Assembly (NCBI GenBank): GCA_000091165.1 | Contig: FP565575.1 | Span: forward strand, 2,040,001-2,072,000 | Reading direction: 5' to 3' | Length of the DNA: 32,000 nucleotides | DNA from: Candidatus Methylomirabilis oxygeniifera | GTDB lineage: Bacteria > Methylomirabilota > Methylomirabilia > Methylomirabilales > Methylomirabilaceae | Shown: positions 1 to 9,985 of the stretch, one piece after another | How the letters are laid out: every line of letters begins with the position of its first letter | Position numbering within the stretch: position 1 is the first letter of the stretch | Program-made: the position numbers and the translations under genes | Notes under the pieces: generated by a model | Seen by the model: the letters and a program-made list of their open reading frames with translations, nothing else | Told to the model about the DNA's origin: nothing | Databases searched by the model: none

Positions 1-383
1 GCGCCACATGGAAAGCGGGCCGCGGTGATCTTGTCAGAACTGACCTCGTAAACGTCGAATGTGAGCGTGTACCCCTCGACCAAGTTCCAGATGTAGCCGG
101 CGAGTTTCCCTTCAACGTTCGCGATGATGCCGGGAGGCCCAAACAGCCGGATCGTCTGGTTGCGACCGAGAACGATCCGCAACAGGTGATCGAAGCCGAT
201 GAAGTGATCGATATGAGTGTGGGAGATGAAGATGTCGGCGACCTTCAACAGCTCGGCAGGCGGCTGCGTCGTCAGGTCACCAAGATCCAGCAGAATGGCG
301 CGCCGTTCCCACCTGAGCCTCACAAAGAGGCCGGGATCGCCGAACACCCCATTGAGGAGCCTTGGTTGAAAGAGATTGGTCAT
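1..383 (-). CDS. Ribonuclease Z-like / MBL-fold metallohydrolase, N-terminal part (runs off left edge)
   Basis: Reverse strand from ATG at 383 translates MTNLFQPRLLNGVFGDPGLFVRLRWERRAILLDLGDLT...FVSHTHIDHFIGFDHLLR...; HxHxDH metal-binding motif. Absent from the ORF track because it is open at the window edge. Confidence 0.85.
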   Translation of the reverse strand, partial: MTNLFQPRLLNGVFGDPGLFVRLRWERRAILLDLGDLTTQPPAELLKVADIFISHTHIDHFIGFDHLLRIVLGRNQTIRLFGPPGIIANVEGKLAGYIWNLVEGYTLTFDVYEVSSDKITAARFPCG

Positions 384-569
384 TTCAGTCGCGCCAAGAC
401 TGGTCTATTTCCCGCCCGCCATCTTTCGTCCTTCTCGGGTCAGCGTACTCAACATGATGCAGATGGCTATCGTTACCCGTCTTTTTAGGACGTACTATCT
501 TTTTTGACCGTAACACCCCAACATGAGGGGGTCAAGTAGATTGACCGGAAATGGGAGGCATGTTGTAGC

Positions 570-596
570 GCTTTACCTTCTGTGATAAAGTAAAGC
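570..596. promoter_or_regulatory. Inverted repeat GCTTTAC-N13-GTAAAGC just upstream of the vapB-like gene; candidate operator
   Basis: Perfect 7-bp arms at 570-576 and 590-596, 13 bp before the ORF start. Confidence 0.35.
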
Positions 597-608
597 TAAC
601 TGCAACCT

Positions 609-839
609 ATGGAGAAACCGATGACTTCGATCAAGCTCTCTTCAAAAAACCAGATCGTCCTTCCCAAAGAAGCGCGCGAGGCAATGAGGGTCAAAGGAGG
701 GGATGAGATCATAGTAGTCGTCAAAGGAGGGATCACCCTTCTGCTGCCCAAACCCAAAAGCTATACAAAAGCCCTTGCAGGAAAGGGGCGCGGACTGTAT
801 CCTTCCGATTATTTGACCAAGGAACGCCGCGCGTGGTAA
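609..839 (+). CDS. AbrB/MazE/SpoVT-fold antitoxin (VapB-type)
   Basis: SIKLSSKNQIVLPKEAREAMRVKGGDEIIVVV swapped-hairpin AbrB motif; overlaps a downstream PIN gene. Confidence 0.85.
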   Translation: MEKPMTSIKLSSKNQIVLPKEAREAMRVKGGDEIIVVVKGGITLLLPKPKSYTKALAGKGRGLYPSDYLTKERRAW

Positions 840-1285
840 GTGCCCAGCACCTCGAGGGCTTCCTGCGAAGGCACCCCGTAGTTGGACTGGATTCAAATCT
901 GCTGATCTACCTTATCGAGGAACACCCGGAGTACCATCGATTGACTGAGAAGGTATTCGGATCAATTGAAGCGGGACGCAATACGGGGGTTTGCTCCACA
1001 CTCTCCCTTCTTGAGGTCCTGGTCCAACCCTACCGAGAGAGCAATGACGAACTCGTCGATCAGTTCTATGCCCTCCTCACCACCTATCCTCACATCCGAT
1101 GGATCGACTTATCGATCGGGATCGCCGATCTGGGCGCCCAACTTCGCGCCAAATACCAATTGAAAACACCCGATGCCATCCTGGCGGCGACCTCTATCGA
1201 GGCCGGCGCCACCGGTTTCATAGGGAACGACAGCCAGCTCAAACGGATTTCTGAGTTGGATATTCTGATTTTAAGCGGCGATTAG
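833..1285 (+). CDS. PIN-domain ribonuclease toxin (VapC-type)
   Basis: VVGLDSNLLIYLIEEHPEY...PDAILAATSIEAGATGFIGNDSQLKRI: PIN acidic residues conserved; GTG start overlaps antitoxin stop. Confidence 0.85.
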   Translation: MVSAQHLEGFLRRHPVVGLDSNLLIYLIEEHPEYHRLTEKVFGSIEAGRNTGVCSTLSLLEVLVQPYRESNDELVDQFYALLTTYPHIRWIDLSIGIADLGAQLRAKYQLKTPDAILAATSIEAGATGFIGNDSQLKRISELDILILSGD

Positions 1286-1383
1286 AACCGGACAGGGTGA
1301 GCCCCCGTCATCGGCCGGCGGCTGTTTCGCGCCGGTTCCTGCATGCCACACCGAAACCCAATCAATGGTGGTCAGATGTCAAC

Positions 1384-2952
1384 TTAATGGCCTCCTGGCG
1401 GCAGAAACTTGACCCGCCCAGGGACACGCGCCGAGTGCCCAATCGCCACGGCAAAGAGTGCGGCCTTCCCTGCGGCATGGGGAGAGAAGAACTCGGTCAC
1501 ATCGTCGTCGTAAAAGGTGGTGCCCGTCGCGCCTAATCCCAGGGCATATGCGCAGAGGTAGATCTTTCCGCCGACGATCCCCGCCTCCAACTGGGCAGCG
1601 CCGTAGCCCCGATTCCCGTAGCGCTCAAGGATCCGCTCCAGGTCTGCGAGGAAGAAGACGACGACGCTCGCCTCGATGCCAAGGTGTTGTTCGAGGCAGA
1701 GGTAGCCTGCCTCGCGTCGAAATGTGCCCCCCTTCAACAGCTCAAGCGCCTGCCGTAATGGCGAGAAGTGGAAGGCCCCGGTAGAGAGATTCTCGACGGA
1801 GTTGACGATGAGATAGGTGTCCAACAAGGTCGTGCTCGACCCCCCGAGAAAGTCCGCCGGGATCCCGCGGCTGGTTCGCTCAAGGATAGTGGACAGTTGC
1901 TGGAATGAGATCGGGAGTTGAGCGAACTGGTGCGTAGAACCCCTGCGGAGGATGGTCTCACCCAGGGTCCGGGCAGGAAGCTGCTCCCGCTCAATGGGGT
2001 GAAGGGGAAAATATTGGTCGCCAAGAGACGCTAAGGGTCTCGGAATGAATGTCGATCGCCACACTCGGACCTCCTCCTCACTCGACAGCATGGAGGCTGC
2101 ACGGATCTGCGTGATCAGCGGATAGTCTACCTCCATTTTCGAGAGCGGGACGGTTTCGGGCGCAATCGGCGGAATCTCCGGTAGCTCCGCAGCAGGCGAA
2201 CTTGCCCCAATCGGGACAAGGCAGAGACTCGCCTCACGTTCGCTGTCCAGACCAAGGAGGTGGTCCACACGAGCATCCATGAAGCCCGTTACGACCCGAG
2301 ATGTAAGCTGCGCGGAAGCGGTCGTGGCCAGGAGGTTAGCCAGAATCGTTCCGCCGTTCCAGTAGAAGTGACGATAGGCCCGTGCCTGGTACTTCCAGGC
2401 GTTCCGCCAGAAGATCGCTGTCAGAACCAGAATGACAGGCGCGCTCGATATCGACGTATCGCCGGCCGTCGCACGAGCGAGCTCCCCCCGGAGATCCCCC
2501 GCCCGCAACCGGCGGAGGGCGAAGTCGACCGGGCAGAAGTGATAGACCCCGGCAGGCAGTCTCGGCAAATCGCCGCAGACCACATAGATCTCTACCTCAT
2601 ACAACGCACCGGTACAGGAGGCCGCGCGAAAGTACTGCGCCTCGCCCCCAGGGGAGACTTTCTTCTTGGTCAGACCACCGCAATAAAACAGGACCTGCGC
2701 CAGCCCGGCCAAGTCAAGCATGCTCGTCCCGTCCGGCTGGAAGGCTGAAATGGCGTCAAGAGCCTCAGTAGCCGGCGGCGCAATATCACGCGGCAGAGGG
2801 ATAACCGGCAGCCCCTGATATGCCTTGTACGGACGCGGCTTATTGGCCCAGTCGAGGAAATGACCTCCCAAGCGGATACTCCAGTAGGAGTGTTTGGTCG
2901 CCGCATGGTAGTTGCGGGCCTCTTCAACGTCGCGGTTGCTGATCGGGCACAA
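1384..2952 (-). CDS. SagB/ThcOx-family nitroreductase-like dehydrogenase
   Basis: 522 aa; N-terminal HAATKHSY...DWANKPRPYK and two nitroreductase-like halves with LYEVEIYVVCG..LPAGVYHF and TGAFHFSP motifs. Confidence 0.75.
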   Translation of the reverse strand: MCPISNRDVEEARNYHAATKHSYWSIRLGGHFLDWANKPRPYKAYQGLPVIPLPRDIAPPATEALDAISAFQPDGTSMLDLAGLAQVLFYCGGLTKKKVSPGGEAQYFRAASCTGALYEVEIYVVCGDLPRLPAGVYHFCPVDFALRRLRAGDLRGELARATAGDTSISSAPVILVLTAIFWRNAWKYQARAYRHFYWNGGTILANLLATTASAQLTSRVVTGFMDARVDHLLGLDSEREASLCLVPIGASSPAAELPEIPPIAPETVPLSKMEVDYPLITQIRAASMLSSEEEVRVWRSTFIPRPLASLGDQYFPLHPIEREQLPARTLGETILRRGSTHQFAQLPISFQQLSTILERTSRGIPADFLGGSSTTLLDTYLIVNSVENLSTGAFHFSPLRQALELLKGGTFRREAGYLCLEQHLGIEASVVVFFLADLERILERYGNRGYGAAQLEAGIVGGKIYLCAYALGLGATGTTFYDDDVTEFFSPHAAGKAALFAVAIGHSARVPGRVKFLPPGGH

Positions 2953-3003
2953 GGCGCTCGTACCCCCTCTCCAGTCACATCCTGTTCCGCCTCATTATCA
3001 TCG

Positions 3004-4422
3004 TCAGCCGGCCAGATGGAAGCAGACCAGCTTCAGCTCGGTCATCTCCTCCACGGCATAGCGCGGGCCTTCTTTGCCGAAACCGCTCTCCTTCAGCCCT
3101 CCGTAGGGCATCAGGTCGGCTCGCCATTGAGGGCCCCAGTTGATCATCAGGTTGCCCGCCTCAACCTCGCGCGCGAACCGCATCGCCCACTCCAGGTTCT
3201 CGGTGAAGATGCCGGCCGCCAGGCCGTAGACCGAATCGTTGGCCAGCGCAATCGCCTGGTCGATTGTGTCGAACCGCGTGACCGCGACAGCCGGTCCGAA
3301 CAGCTCATCACAGAAGATTCGCATGTCGGGTGTGACGTCGGCGACGACCGTGGGGGCGTAGATCGCCCCTTGACGCTCCCCGCCCGTCACAACCCGCGCG
3401 CCGCCCGCAGCCGCCTCGCGCACCCACTCCCCAACTCGGATGGCGTCCCGCTCGCGAATCATGGGGCCCACCTTGGTCTTCTCGTCCAGGGGGTTGCCGG
3501 TCACAAGCGCCTCCACCTTGGGTTTCAGGGCATCCAGAAAATCGCCGTAGACCTGCCGGCTGGTCAAGACCCGTTGTGTGGAGATGCAGACCTGCCCGGC
3601 GTTCGTGTAGCCGGTCGCCGTTACGGCGGCCGCGACCTTCTCGAGATCGGCATCGGGCATGATGATGACGGGCGCGTTGCTGCCGAGTTCCATCGTCACC
3701 TTCTTGATCCCGGCCATCCGGCAGATCCGCTCGCCGACATCGCGGCTCCCTGTAAACGTGATCTTGCGGACCCGCCGATCGCTGCACAGCGCGTCGCCGA
3801 TTACCGCTCCTGAGCCGGTCAGGCAGGCGATTCCCTCGGCCGGCAGACCCGCCTCCAGCAGGATCTCTGTCAGTTTCAGCGCCGAGAGAGGGGTATCGGT
3901 GGCCGGCTTAATGACGACTGCGTTACCGGCGGCCAGGGCGGGTCCTACTTTGTGGCATACCAGGTTCAACGGGAAGTTAAAGGGGCTGATGGCAACGACG
4001 ACCCCGCACGGCACGCGCAGCGTAAAACCGAACTTGCCTGAGCCGCCCGGGGCTCCATCGAAGGGGACGGTCTCGCCATGGAGACGCTTCGCCTCCTCGC
4101 CGGACAGGATCAGCGTCTGCACGGCCCGGCTCACCTCGAAGCGCGACTCGGCCAAGCTCTTGCCCTCCTCGAGCGTAATCGTTTCGGCGAACTCCTCGCT
4201 CCGCGCCTCAATCAGCTCCGCCGCCTTGTTCAGGATTCGATAACGGTCGTAACCGGGAAGCGTCGCCATCGTCCGTGCGCCGCGCGCTGCGCTCTCCAGG
4301 GCCTTCTCAATATCCCCCAATTCCGCACACGGCACGGTATCCACCACCGCTCCATCGTACGGGTTCAAAACGTCGATATGCTTTGCCGTGTCGATCCACT
4401 GCCCGGCCACATACATCCGCAT
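3004..4422 (-). CDS. NAD(P)-dependent aldehyde dehydrogenase family protein
   Basis: 472 aa; ISPFNFPLNLVCHKVGPALAAGN, FTGSRDVG, ELGSNAP, NAGQVCIS catalytic Cys motifs. Confidence 0.93.
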   Translation of the reverse strand: MRMYVAGQWIDTAKHIDVLNPYDGAVVDTVPCAELGDIEKALESAARGARTMATLPGYDRYRILNKAAELIEARSEEFAETITLEEGKSLAESRFEVSRAVQTLILSGEEAKRLHGETVPFDGAPGGSGKFGFTLRVPCGVVVAISPFNFPLNLVCHKVGPALAAGNAVVIKPATDTPLSALKLTEILLEAGLPAEGIACLTGSGAVIGDALCSDRRVRKITFTGSRDVGERICRMAGIKKVTMELGSNAPVIIMPDADLEKVAAAVTATGYTNAGQVCISTQRVLTSRQVYGDFLDALKPKVEALVTGNPLDEKTKVGPMIRERDAIRVGEWVREAAAGGARVVTGGERQGAIYAPTVVADVTPDMRIFCDELFGPAVAVTRFDTIDQAIALANDSVYGLAAGIFTENLEWAMRFAREVEAGNLMINWGPQWRADLMPYGGLKESGFGKEGPRYAVEEMTELKLVCFHLAG

Positions 4423-4639
4423 CGCCTTGTTCCCCCTTCGGTTGCCCTGCGTCGGTAATCACGAAATGGGTATGCGCTCGATCGATTGACCTACTTCATA
4501 TTGTAACAGGAGTCGAGCATTATGAGTCCGGTGATGGCTCAAAAACAGAAGAGAGGTTGAGGCAGCCGGAGAGGATTTAACGCATTGGGTGTATGTTACG
4601 CAGGATTGCCGTCACAGGAAGGCAGGTCTCTGATCCGGT

Positions 4640-5686
4640 CTACCCGCCCCTGGTATGCATTTCAAGGTGAGGATCTTGCCTGAGTCCCTCTGCCGACACC
4701 AACACGTCTCTCACCCGAAGCTCTTTTCGCTCTTCGGCGCCGCGATCGCTTCGCCCGGTCCATCCGGCGACGATGAGGGAGATCAACTCCGCTTTTGAGA
4801 CCCCGGCCCGCAGCGGTGTCCGCAGATCGATCCCGCGTTGGGCGTATAGACACAAGTACCACGTCCCATCGGCGGTGAGCCGACTCCTGTCGCAAGTGCG
4901 GCAGAACGGCGTGGTTGTGGACGCGACAATGCCGAAGACTGTGCCGTCCGACAGGACAAATCGATCGGCAGGCGCCCAGCCCGCGGACGCGACCGGCTCA
5001 ATGCGGCCATACTGTCGCGTCAGCGCCTCGAGCATCTCCGCCCTGGAGAAGACCTTGTCCATTGACCAATGGGTCGCTCCGCCGACGTCCATGTACTCAA
5101 TGAATCGGACCTCGGCGCCTATCCGCGCGCCACACTCCAGCAGATCGACAAGTTCGTCTTCGTTGAACCCCCGCATAATCACACTATCAATTTTCAATTC
5201 CTTAAAGCCGACCTGCTGGGCCGACCTGATCCCATTCAGCACCTTTTCGTGGGTGTCTTTTCTTGTCAGTGCCGTGAAACGATCGGGGCGTAGGGTGTCC
5301 AGGCTGACCGTTACGCGGTGCAGACCGGCGTCATACAGCGCGAGCGCAGATTCAGCCAATAAGATCCCGTTTGTCGTCATGGCAAGATCCTCGATCCGCA
5401 GGTTGCGCGCAATCATCCCAACCAGAGCCGCAAGATCCCTGCGGACAAGCGGCTCACCCCCCGTAAGGCGAACCTTAGTGACGCCGAGTTCTGTGAAGAT
5501 GTCCACCAGACGACTCGCCTCCTCCAACGTCAGGATCTCTTTGCGAGGAAGCCAGACGTACTCTTCCTCTGGCATGCAGTATTGGCAGCGCAGGTTGCAC
5601 CGGTCGGTCACAGACAGACGCAAACTGCGAAGCGGCCTGCTCAGGGTGTCAAGAAATATCGGGGGATGTTCGGTGTGCTGGTTCAT
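4640..5686 (-). CDS. moaA: GTP 3',8-cyclase (molybdenum cofactor biosynthesis)
   Basis: LRLSVTDRCNLRCQYCMP radical SAM CxxxCxxC; C-terminal FCRTCDRSRLTADG..CL and terminal GG. Confidence 0.96.
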   Translation of the reverse strand: MNQHTEHPPIFLDTLSRPLRSLRLSVTDRCNLRCQYCMPEEEYVWLPRKEILTLEEASRLVDIFTELGVTKVRLTGGEPLVRRDLAALVGMIARNLRIEDLAMTTNGILLAESALALYDAGLHRVTVSLDTLRPDRFTALTRKDTHEKVLNGIRSAQQVGFKELKIDSVIMRGFNEDELVDLLECGARIGAEVRFIEYMDVGGATHWSMDKVFSRAEMLEALTRQYGRIEPVASAGWAPADRFVLSDGTVFGIVASTTTPFCRTCDRSRLTADGTWYLCLYAQRGIDLRTPLRAGVSKAELISLIVAGWTGRSDRGAEERKELRVRDVLVSAEGLRQDPHLEMHTRGG

Positions 5687-5727
5687 CTGCGCTTACTCAA
5701 AAAGCGGTCAACAATTGGGGGTTAGGG

Positions 5728-5808
5728 GTTTAGGCTGAAGACTGAAGGGGAACCAACCAAAAGACTTTAGCCTAAAACAACATCCTTGGGTCTTCAGCCT
5801 TCAGTCTA
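5728..5808. repeat. Intergenic imperfect inverted repeat (GTTTAGGCTGAAGACTGAAG ... CTTCAGCCTTCAG) between moaA and ferredoxin gene
   Basis: TTTAGGCT/AGCCTAAA and CTGAAGACTGAAG/CTTCAGCCTTCAG arms visible; a related GGCTGAAGGCTGAAGGCTT run lies at 24885-24902. Confidence 0.5.
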
Positions 5809-5969
5809 TCTACCCGTGGCGCTGATCGCTTCTCCGCTCGGAGCTTCACTTCAATATCCGAGCTGTTTACGCGACTTCGGCAGCCGGAGCGATCTTGGGT
5901 CTTAGCTCCACGTCTCGGCCTCTAAGATCCAAGATCGCCCGTGCTGCGTCGCGCTGCCGACCTCGTAGG

Positions 5970-6311
5970 TTAGTGCTTCGGGGGATACTTCTGGTAATAG
6001 AGATTGGCGACGCTCCCCTCTTCCTCTTTCTGGGCTTCCCACGCCGCCCGCTGGACCGCCACCGGAAGGGTATGTCCATCCTTACACGCATCGGCGTTCA
6101 TCTGAATGAAATGCTGCCACTGCTCCGGTACCTGGCTCGCTTCAAAGATCGCGGCAACCGGGCACTCCGGCTCACAGGCGGCGCAATCGATGCACTCCTC
6201 CGGATGAATAAACAGCAGTTCCTCGCCCTCATAGAAGCACTCCACCGGACAGACATCTACACACGCATGGTCTTTGGTGCCAATACATGGATCGGCTACA
6301 ACATACGCCAT
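5970..6311 (-). CDS. fdxA: Ferredoxin, 3Fe-4S/4Fe-4S (7Fe) type
   Basis: [21 protein letters not shown]...[16 protein letters not shown] cysteine pattern. Confidence 0.88.
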   Translation of the reverse strand: MAYVVADPCIGTKDHACVDVCPVECFYEGEELLFIHPEECIDCAACEPECPVAAIFEASQVPEQWQHFIQMNADACKDGHTLPVAVQRAAWEAQKEEEGSVANLYYQKYPPKH

Positions 6312-6387
6312 TGTTCTTCTCCTCGCTGACTAAGTGGTTGTGGTTGACTGCAGTTCCGATACACGCGCGACATTCCTACTCCACCTA

Positions 6388-6699
6388 CTACAGGAATCCA
6401 AGCTGAAGCTTGGCGGCTTCAGAGAGCTTGGATGGATCCCATGGGGGGTCCCAGACGACCTCAACCTGGGCATCCGCCACTCCGGGAACGCACCGCACCT
6501 TCATCTCGACTCCAGCCGGCAGCTCCGCTGCGGCCGGACAATGAGGCGACGTGAGGGTCATCACCACTCTGGCCAGGCCAGAGGGCTCCACCTTAACCTC
6601 ATAGATCAACCCCAAATCATAGATATTGACAGGGATCTCAGGGTCGTAACAGGTGCGCAGGACCTCAATAACCTCTGCTTCGATCTCGCTCGTATCCAT
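6388..6699 (-). CDS. sufT: DUF59/MIP18-family Fe-S assembly protein (SufT-like)
   Basis: IEAEVIEVLRTCYDPEIPVNIYDLGLIYEV...VVMTLTSPHCPAA; adjacent to sufU. Confidence 0.82.
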   Translation of the reverse strand: MDTSEIEAEVIEVLRTCYDPEIPVNIYDLGLIYEVKVEPSGLARVVMTLTSPHCPAAAELPAGVEMKVRCVPGVADAQVEVVWDPPWDPSKLSEAAKLQLGFL

Positions 6700-6782
6700 A
6701 AGTAATCAGCTCTCAGCGGTCAGCCATCAGCACAAAGAAGAAGGCTGAGCGCTGCTCCTTATCGGCTTTGATCTGAGACATC

Positions 6783-7259
6783 CTATTCCGTCGAGGTAAC
6801 CCGCCCGCCTCCCTCCAGTGCGGCATGTAAGGTATGCCACGGCAGCGTCGCACACTTGACCCGAACCGGGAACTCCCGGACACCAGCAAAGGCGGCCAGT
6901 TTTCCGATGGTTCGACCGGGCTCACCACCGGCCTCAAGTGAATCGGCTGCAGCGCCGGGATCGACTGTGACCATTCTATGGAAGGTCTCGAAAAGACCCT
7001 CGGCTTCGGCGATCGTCTTTCCTTTCACGGTTGCGGTCATCATCGACGCGGAGGCTTTCGAAATTGCGCAACCCGATCCCTGAAAGGCAACATCTCTGAT
7101 CACCTGATCTTCGACAAGCAGGTAGACCGTGATCTGATCGCCGCACAGCGGATTGAACCCTTCCGCCGTACAGTTCGCGTCTTCCAGTTTTCGGAAATTT
7201 TGCGGCCGCTTATTATGGTCAAGAATGACCTCCTGATACAGTTCGCGTAAGTCCGACAT
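6783..7259 (-). CDS. sufU: Fe-S cluster assembly scaffold/sulfur transfer protein SufU
   Basis: LRELYQEVILDHNKRPQNFRKLEDA..AEGFNPLCGDQI...GSGCAISKASASMM...RVKCATLPWHTL. Confidence 0.95.
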   Translation of the reverse strand: MSDLRELYQEVILDHNKRPQNFRKLEDANCTAEGFNPLCGDQITVYLLVEDQVIRDVAFQGSGCAISKASASMMTATVKGKTIAEAEGLFETFHRMVTVDPGAAADSLEAGGEPGRTIGKLAAFAGVREFPVRVKCATLPWHTLHAALEGGGRVTSTE

Positions 7260-8530
7260 CAGCCGAACAGCTCGGTGACCTTGTAGATCGCTCTTACCAG
7301 CGCGTCGATCTCGTCCTGCGTATTGTAGAACGCGACCGACACCCTGGCTGTCGCGGGTACACGAAATCGCTGCAACACCGGCTGGGCGCAGTGGTGGCCT
7401 GTCCGGATCGCAATCCCCTCCTGATCCAGGATCGTACCGATGTCGTGGGCGTGGATATCGTCAAGGACAAAGGAGAGGATGCTCGCCTTCTCTTTGGCGG
7501 TCCCGATGATCCGTATGCCAGGAATGGCGGAGACGGCGTCCGTCGCGTACGCCAGCAACTCGCCCTCGTAGGCGGCGATCCGGTCCAGTCCAATGCTGCC
7601 CACGTAATCGATCGCCGCGCCGAGTCCGATCGCGCCTGCAATATGGGGCGTCCCGGCCTCAAACTTTAACGGCGCCTCATTGTAGATCGTCTTCTCGAAG
7701 GTGACCGAGAGGATCATGTCGCCCCCACCCTGGTACGGCGGCATAGCCTCGAGGTGGCGAGCCTTTCCGAACATAATACCGATGCCGGTGGGACCGAACA
7801 GCTTATGGCCGGAGCAGACATAGAAGTCGCAGTCCAGCGCCTGCACATCGACCGCCAGGTGGGGCGCAGCCTGCGCGCCATCGATGAGGACGGGTATGCC
7901 CCGCTCGTGCGCCATCCCGATCACCTGCTTCACCGGGTTGATCGTGCCAAGGGCATTTGAAACGTGCACGATCGACACCAGCCGTGTTCTGGGACCCAGC
8001 AATCGTTCATACTCGTCAAGTCGCAACTCACCGTCGTCGTTAATCGGCACAACCCGCAGGACCGCTCCGGTCTGCTCACAGGCGATCTGCCATGGGACGA
8101 TATTCGAATGATGTTCCATCTCGGAGATGAGGATCTCGTCTCCCACCGCAAGACGTGGCCTGACAAAGCTTTGGGCGACCAGATTGATCCCCTCTGTGGC
8201 GCCGCGAACGAAGACGATCTCGCGTACATCCCCGACATTGAAAAAGCGCGCCACCTTGGCCCTGGCGCCCTCAAAGGCCTCCGTAGCCCGCTCGCTCAAG
8301 AGGTGGATCCCGCGGTGCACATTCGAGTTTTCAGTCAGGTAATACCGCTCGATCGTGTCGACAACCGACCTCGGCTTCTGACTTGTGGCCGCATTGTCCA
8401 GGTACACCAGCGGCTTCCCGTGAATCTGCTGCTGAAGAACGGGAAAATCCTCCCGGATGCCCTCCGCGTCGAATGTCATGCCGACCTCAGGCAGCGTCGT
8501 CGAAGCGGCCATCCCTATGACTGATCTCAT
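7259..8530 (-). CDS. sufS: Cysteine desulfurase SufS (start may be internal)
   Basis: [28 protein letters not shown]...[12 protein letters not shown]...RTGHHCAQP. Confidence 0.95.
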   Translation of the reverse strand: MRSVIGMAASTTLPEVGMTFDAEGIREDFPVLQQQIHGKPLVYLDNAATSQKPRSVVDTIERYYLTENSNVHRGIHLLSERATEAFEGARAKVARFFNVGDVREIVFVRGATEGINLVAQSFVRPRLAVGDEILISEMEHHSNIVPWQIACEQTGAVLRVVPINDDGELRLDEYERLLGPRTRLVSIVHVSNALGTINPVKQVIGMAHERGIPVLIDGAQAAPHLAVDVQALDCDFYVCSGHKLFGPTGIGIMFGKARHLEAMPPYQGGGDMILSVTFEKTIYNEAPLKFEAGTPHIAGAIGLGAAIDYVGSIGLDRIAAYEGELLAYATDAVSAIPGIRIIGTAKEKASILSFVLDDIHAHDIGTILDQEGIAIRTGHHCAQPVLQRFRVPATARVSVAFYNTQDEIDALVRAIYKVTELFG

Positions 8531-9969
8531 GATGTCTCCTCAGACGTCGAGCGGTTGCCGAGCCGAGTAACCAGAAGCGCTTCGAGTCGGGCGCGGATCG
8601 GCTCAATCGTAATCCGGCTCAGCAGTTCGCTTGCAAATGCATAGGTCAGCAATCGCCGAGTTGCCGCCGGATCGATGCCGCGAGACCGCAGATAAAAAAT
8701 CGCATCCTGGTCATGTTGGCCGATTGTCGTGCCATGCGTACATTTCACGTCGTTGTTGAAGATCTCCAACTGCGGCTTGCTATCGATCACGGCGTCTTCG
8801 GAGAGCAGGAGATTCTTGTTGACCTGCCTGGCATCGGTTTTCCGAGCAGCCCCATGAACAACGACCTTCCCATTAAAGACCCCCCTCGACTTCCCGTCAA
8901 GGATACCCTTATAGAGCTGACGGCTGCTGCAATGCGGCCGGATATGATCGATCCGCGTGTGGTTATCCACGTGCTGCCGACCTGTCGCCATAGACAGGCC
9001 GTTGAGCGTACACTCCGCACCATCCCCATCGAGTGCCACGCCCAGATTATTCCGGACGAGAGCACCGCCAAGATCAATGGTGTGGGACGAGAACGTACCG
9101 CCGCGACCAAGTTGTACCTGCGCGGTTGCCACGTGGAAGGCCTCCTCGCTTTCCCGCTGCACCTTATAATAGTCGATCACTGCGTTCTCGCCTCCGACGA
9201 TCTCAGTAACTGCATTGGTACAATAGACGTCGTGGCCCATGCCGACATAGCTCTCGATAACCCGAACCTGGCTATGAGATTCCACCACGATCAGGTTCCG
9301 CGGATATGACACCGAGGCAACACTGCTCTTATCGTCAGCTCCCCCCTGAAAGCCTGCGGGGACAGGCGACTCGAAGCCTGCGCCGAACTCCGTCGAGGGG
9401 GGCCTACCCAAAGCCGAGTCGCAGGGCGACGAGGACACGAACAGCAGATGGATCGGCGCGTCAACGACCGTACCCTTCGGGATGAATACGAACGCCCCGT
9501 CCTCCATGAAGGCCGTGTTAAGAGCCACAAACGCCTGATTATGGAAACCGGCATGCTGAGCCAGATGCGGTTTGACCGAGGCCGGATTGCAGGCGAGCAC
9601 CGTTGCTAGATTGCTCACCACGACACCTGCCGGAAGCTTCTTCAGCGACGAAAGGTCGGACGAGTAGCAGCCATTCACGAAGACGAGCTGAGCGCACGCC
9701 ACATCCTCAAGGGTAAAGGACTCGATCGGCTCAATCGGTAGCGTTCTCTGAGCCTGTCCTGCGCGTCTGAACGCGGTCGTGATGATCGGGGCGACATTCG
9801 TATACTTCCAATCCTCAAGCCGAGTCGTCGGAAACCCCAGCTCGATGAACCGACCGAACGCCGCTGTGCGGATCTGCTGCGTCCACTGGGGACCCCTGCC
9901 CGCATCATCCCTCTCAAACCGCTCAAAGTCTGCGCGATAACTGTCCAGATCTTCCGCAACTTGAAGCAT
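8527..9969 (-). CDS. sufD: Fe-S cluster assembly protein SufD
   Basis: [12 protein letters not shown]...[23 protein letters not shown]...[23 protein letters not shown]; operon position between sufC and sufS. Confidence 0.93.
   Translation of the reverse strand: MLQVAEDLDSYRADFERFERDDAGRGPQWTQQIRTAAFGRFIELGFPTTRLEDWKYTNVAPIITTAFRRAGQAQRTLPIEPIESFTLEDVACAQLVFVNGCYSSDLSSLKKLPAGVVVSNLATVLACNPASVKPHLAQHAGFHNQAFVALNTAFMEDGAFVFIPKGTVVDAPIHLLFVSSSPCDSALGRPPSTEFGAGFESPVPAGFQGGADDKSSVASVSYPRNLIVVESHSQVRVIESYVGMGHDVYCTNAVTEIVGGENAVIDYYKVQRESEEAFHVATAQVQLGRGGTFSSHTIDLGGALVRNNLGVALDGDGAECTLNGLSMATGRQHVDNHTRIDHIRPHCSSRQLYKGILDGKSRGVFNGKVVVHGAARKTDARQVNKNLLLSEDAVIDSKPQLEIFNNDVKCTHGTTIGQHDQDAIFYLRSRGIDPAATRRLLTYAFASELLSRITIEPIRARLEALLVTRLGNRSTSEETS
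9322..9432. repeat. About 111-bp in-frame insert in sufD with repeat-like sequence
   Basis: Encodes about 37 aa ([36 protein letters not shown]) splitting the usual IHLLFVS...SYPRNLIV segment; inverted arms GCGACTCG (9366-9373)/CGAGTCGC (9415-9422) and CCCCCCT (9341-9347)/AGGGGGG (9396-9402). Confidence 0.6.
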
Positions 9970-9985
9970 CGGCTACCGTTGTCTC

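Noticed and set aside
2860-3813. Long + strand ORF of 317 aa
   Set aside because: Antisense to the C-terminal part of the aldehyde dehydrogenase and the SagB-like gene start; low-complexity, GC-driven open frame with no protein character.
4773-5738. 321-aa + strand ORF
   Set aside because: Fully antisense to moaA, whose motifs are clear; Arg/Ser-rich shadow ORF.
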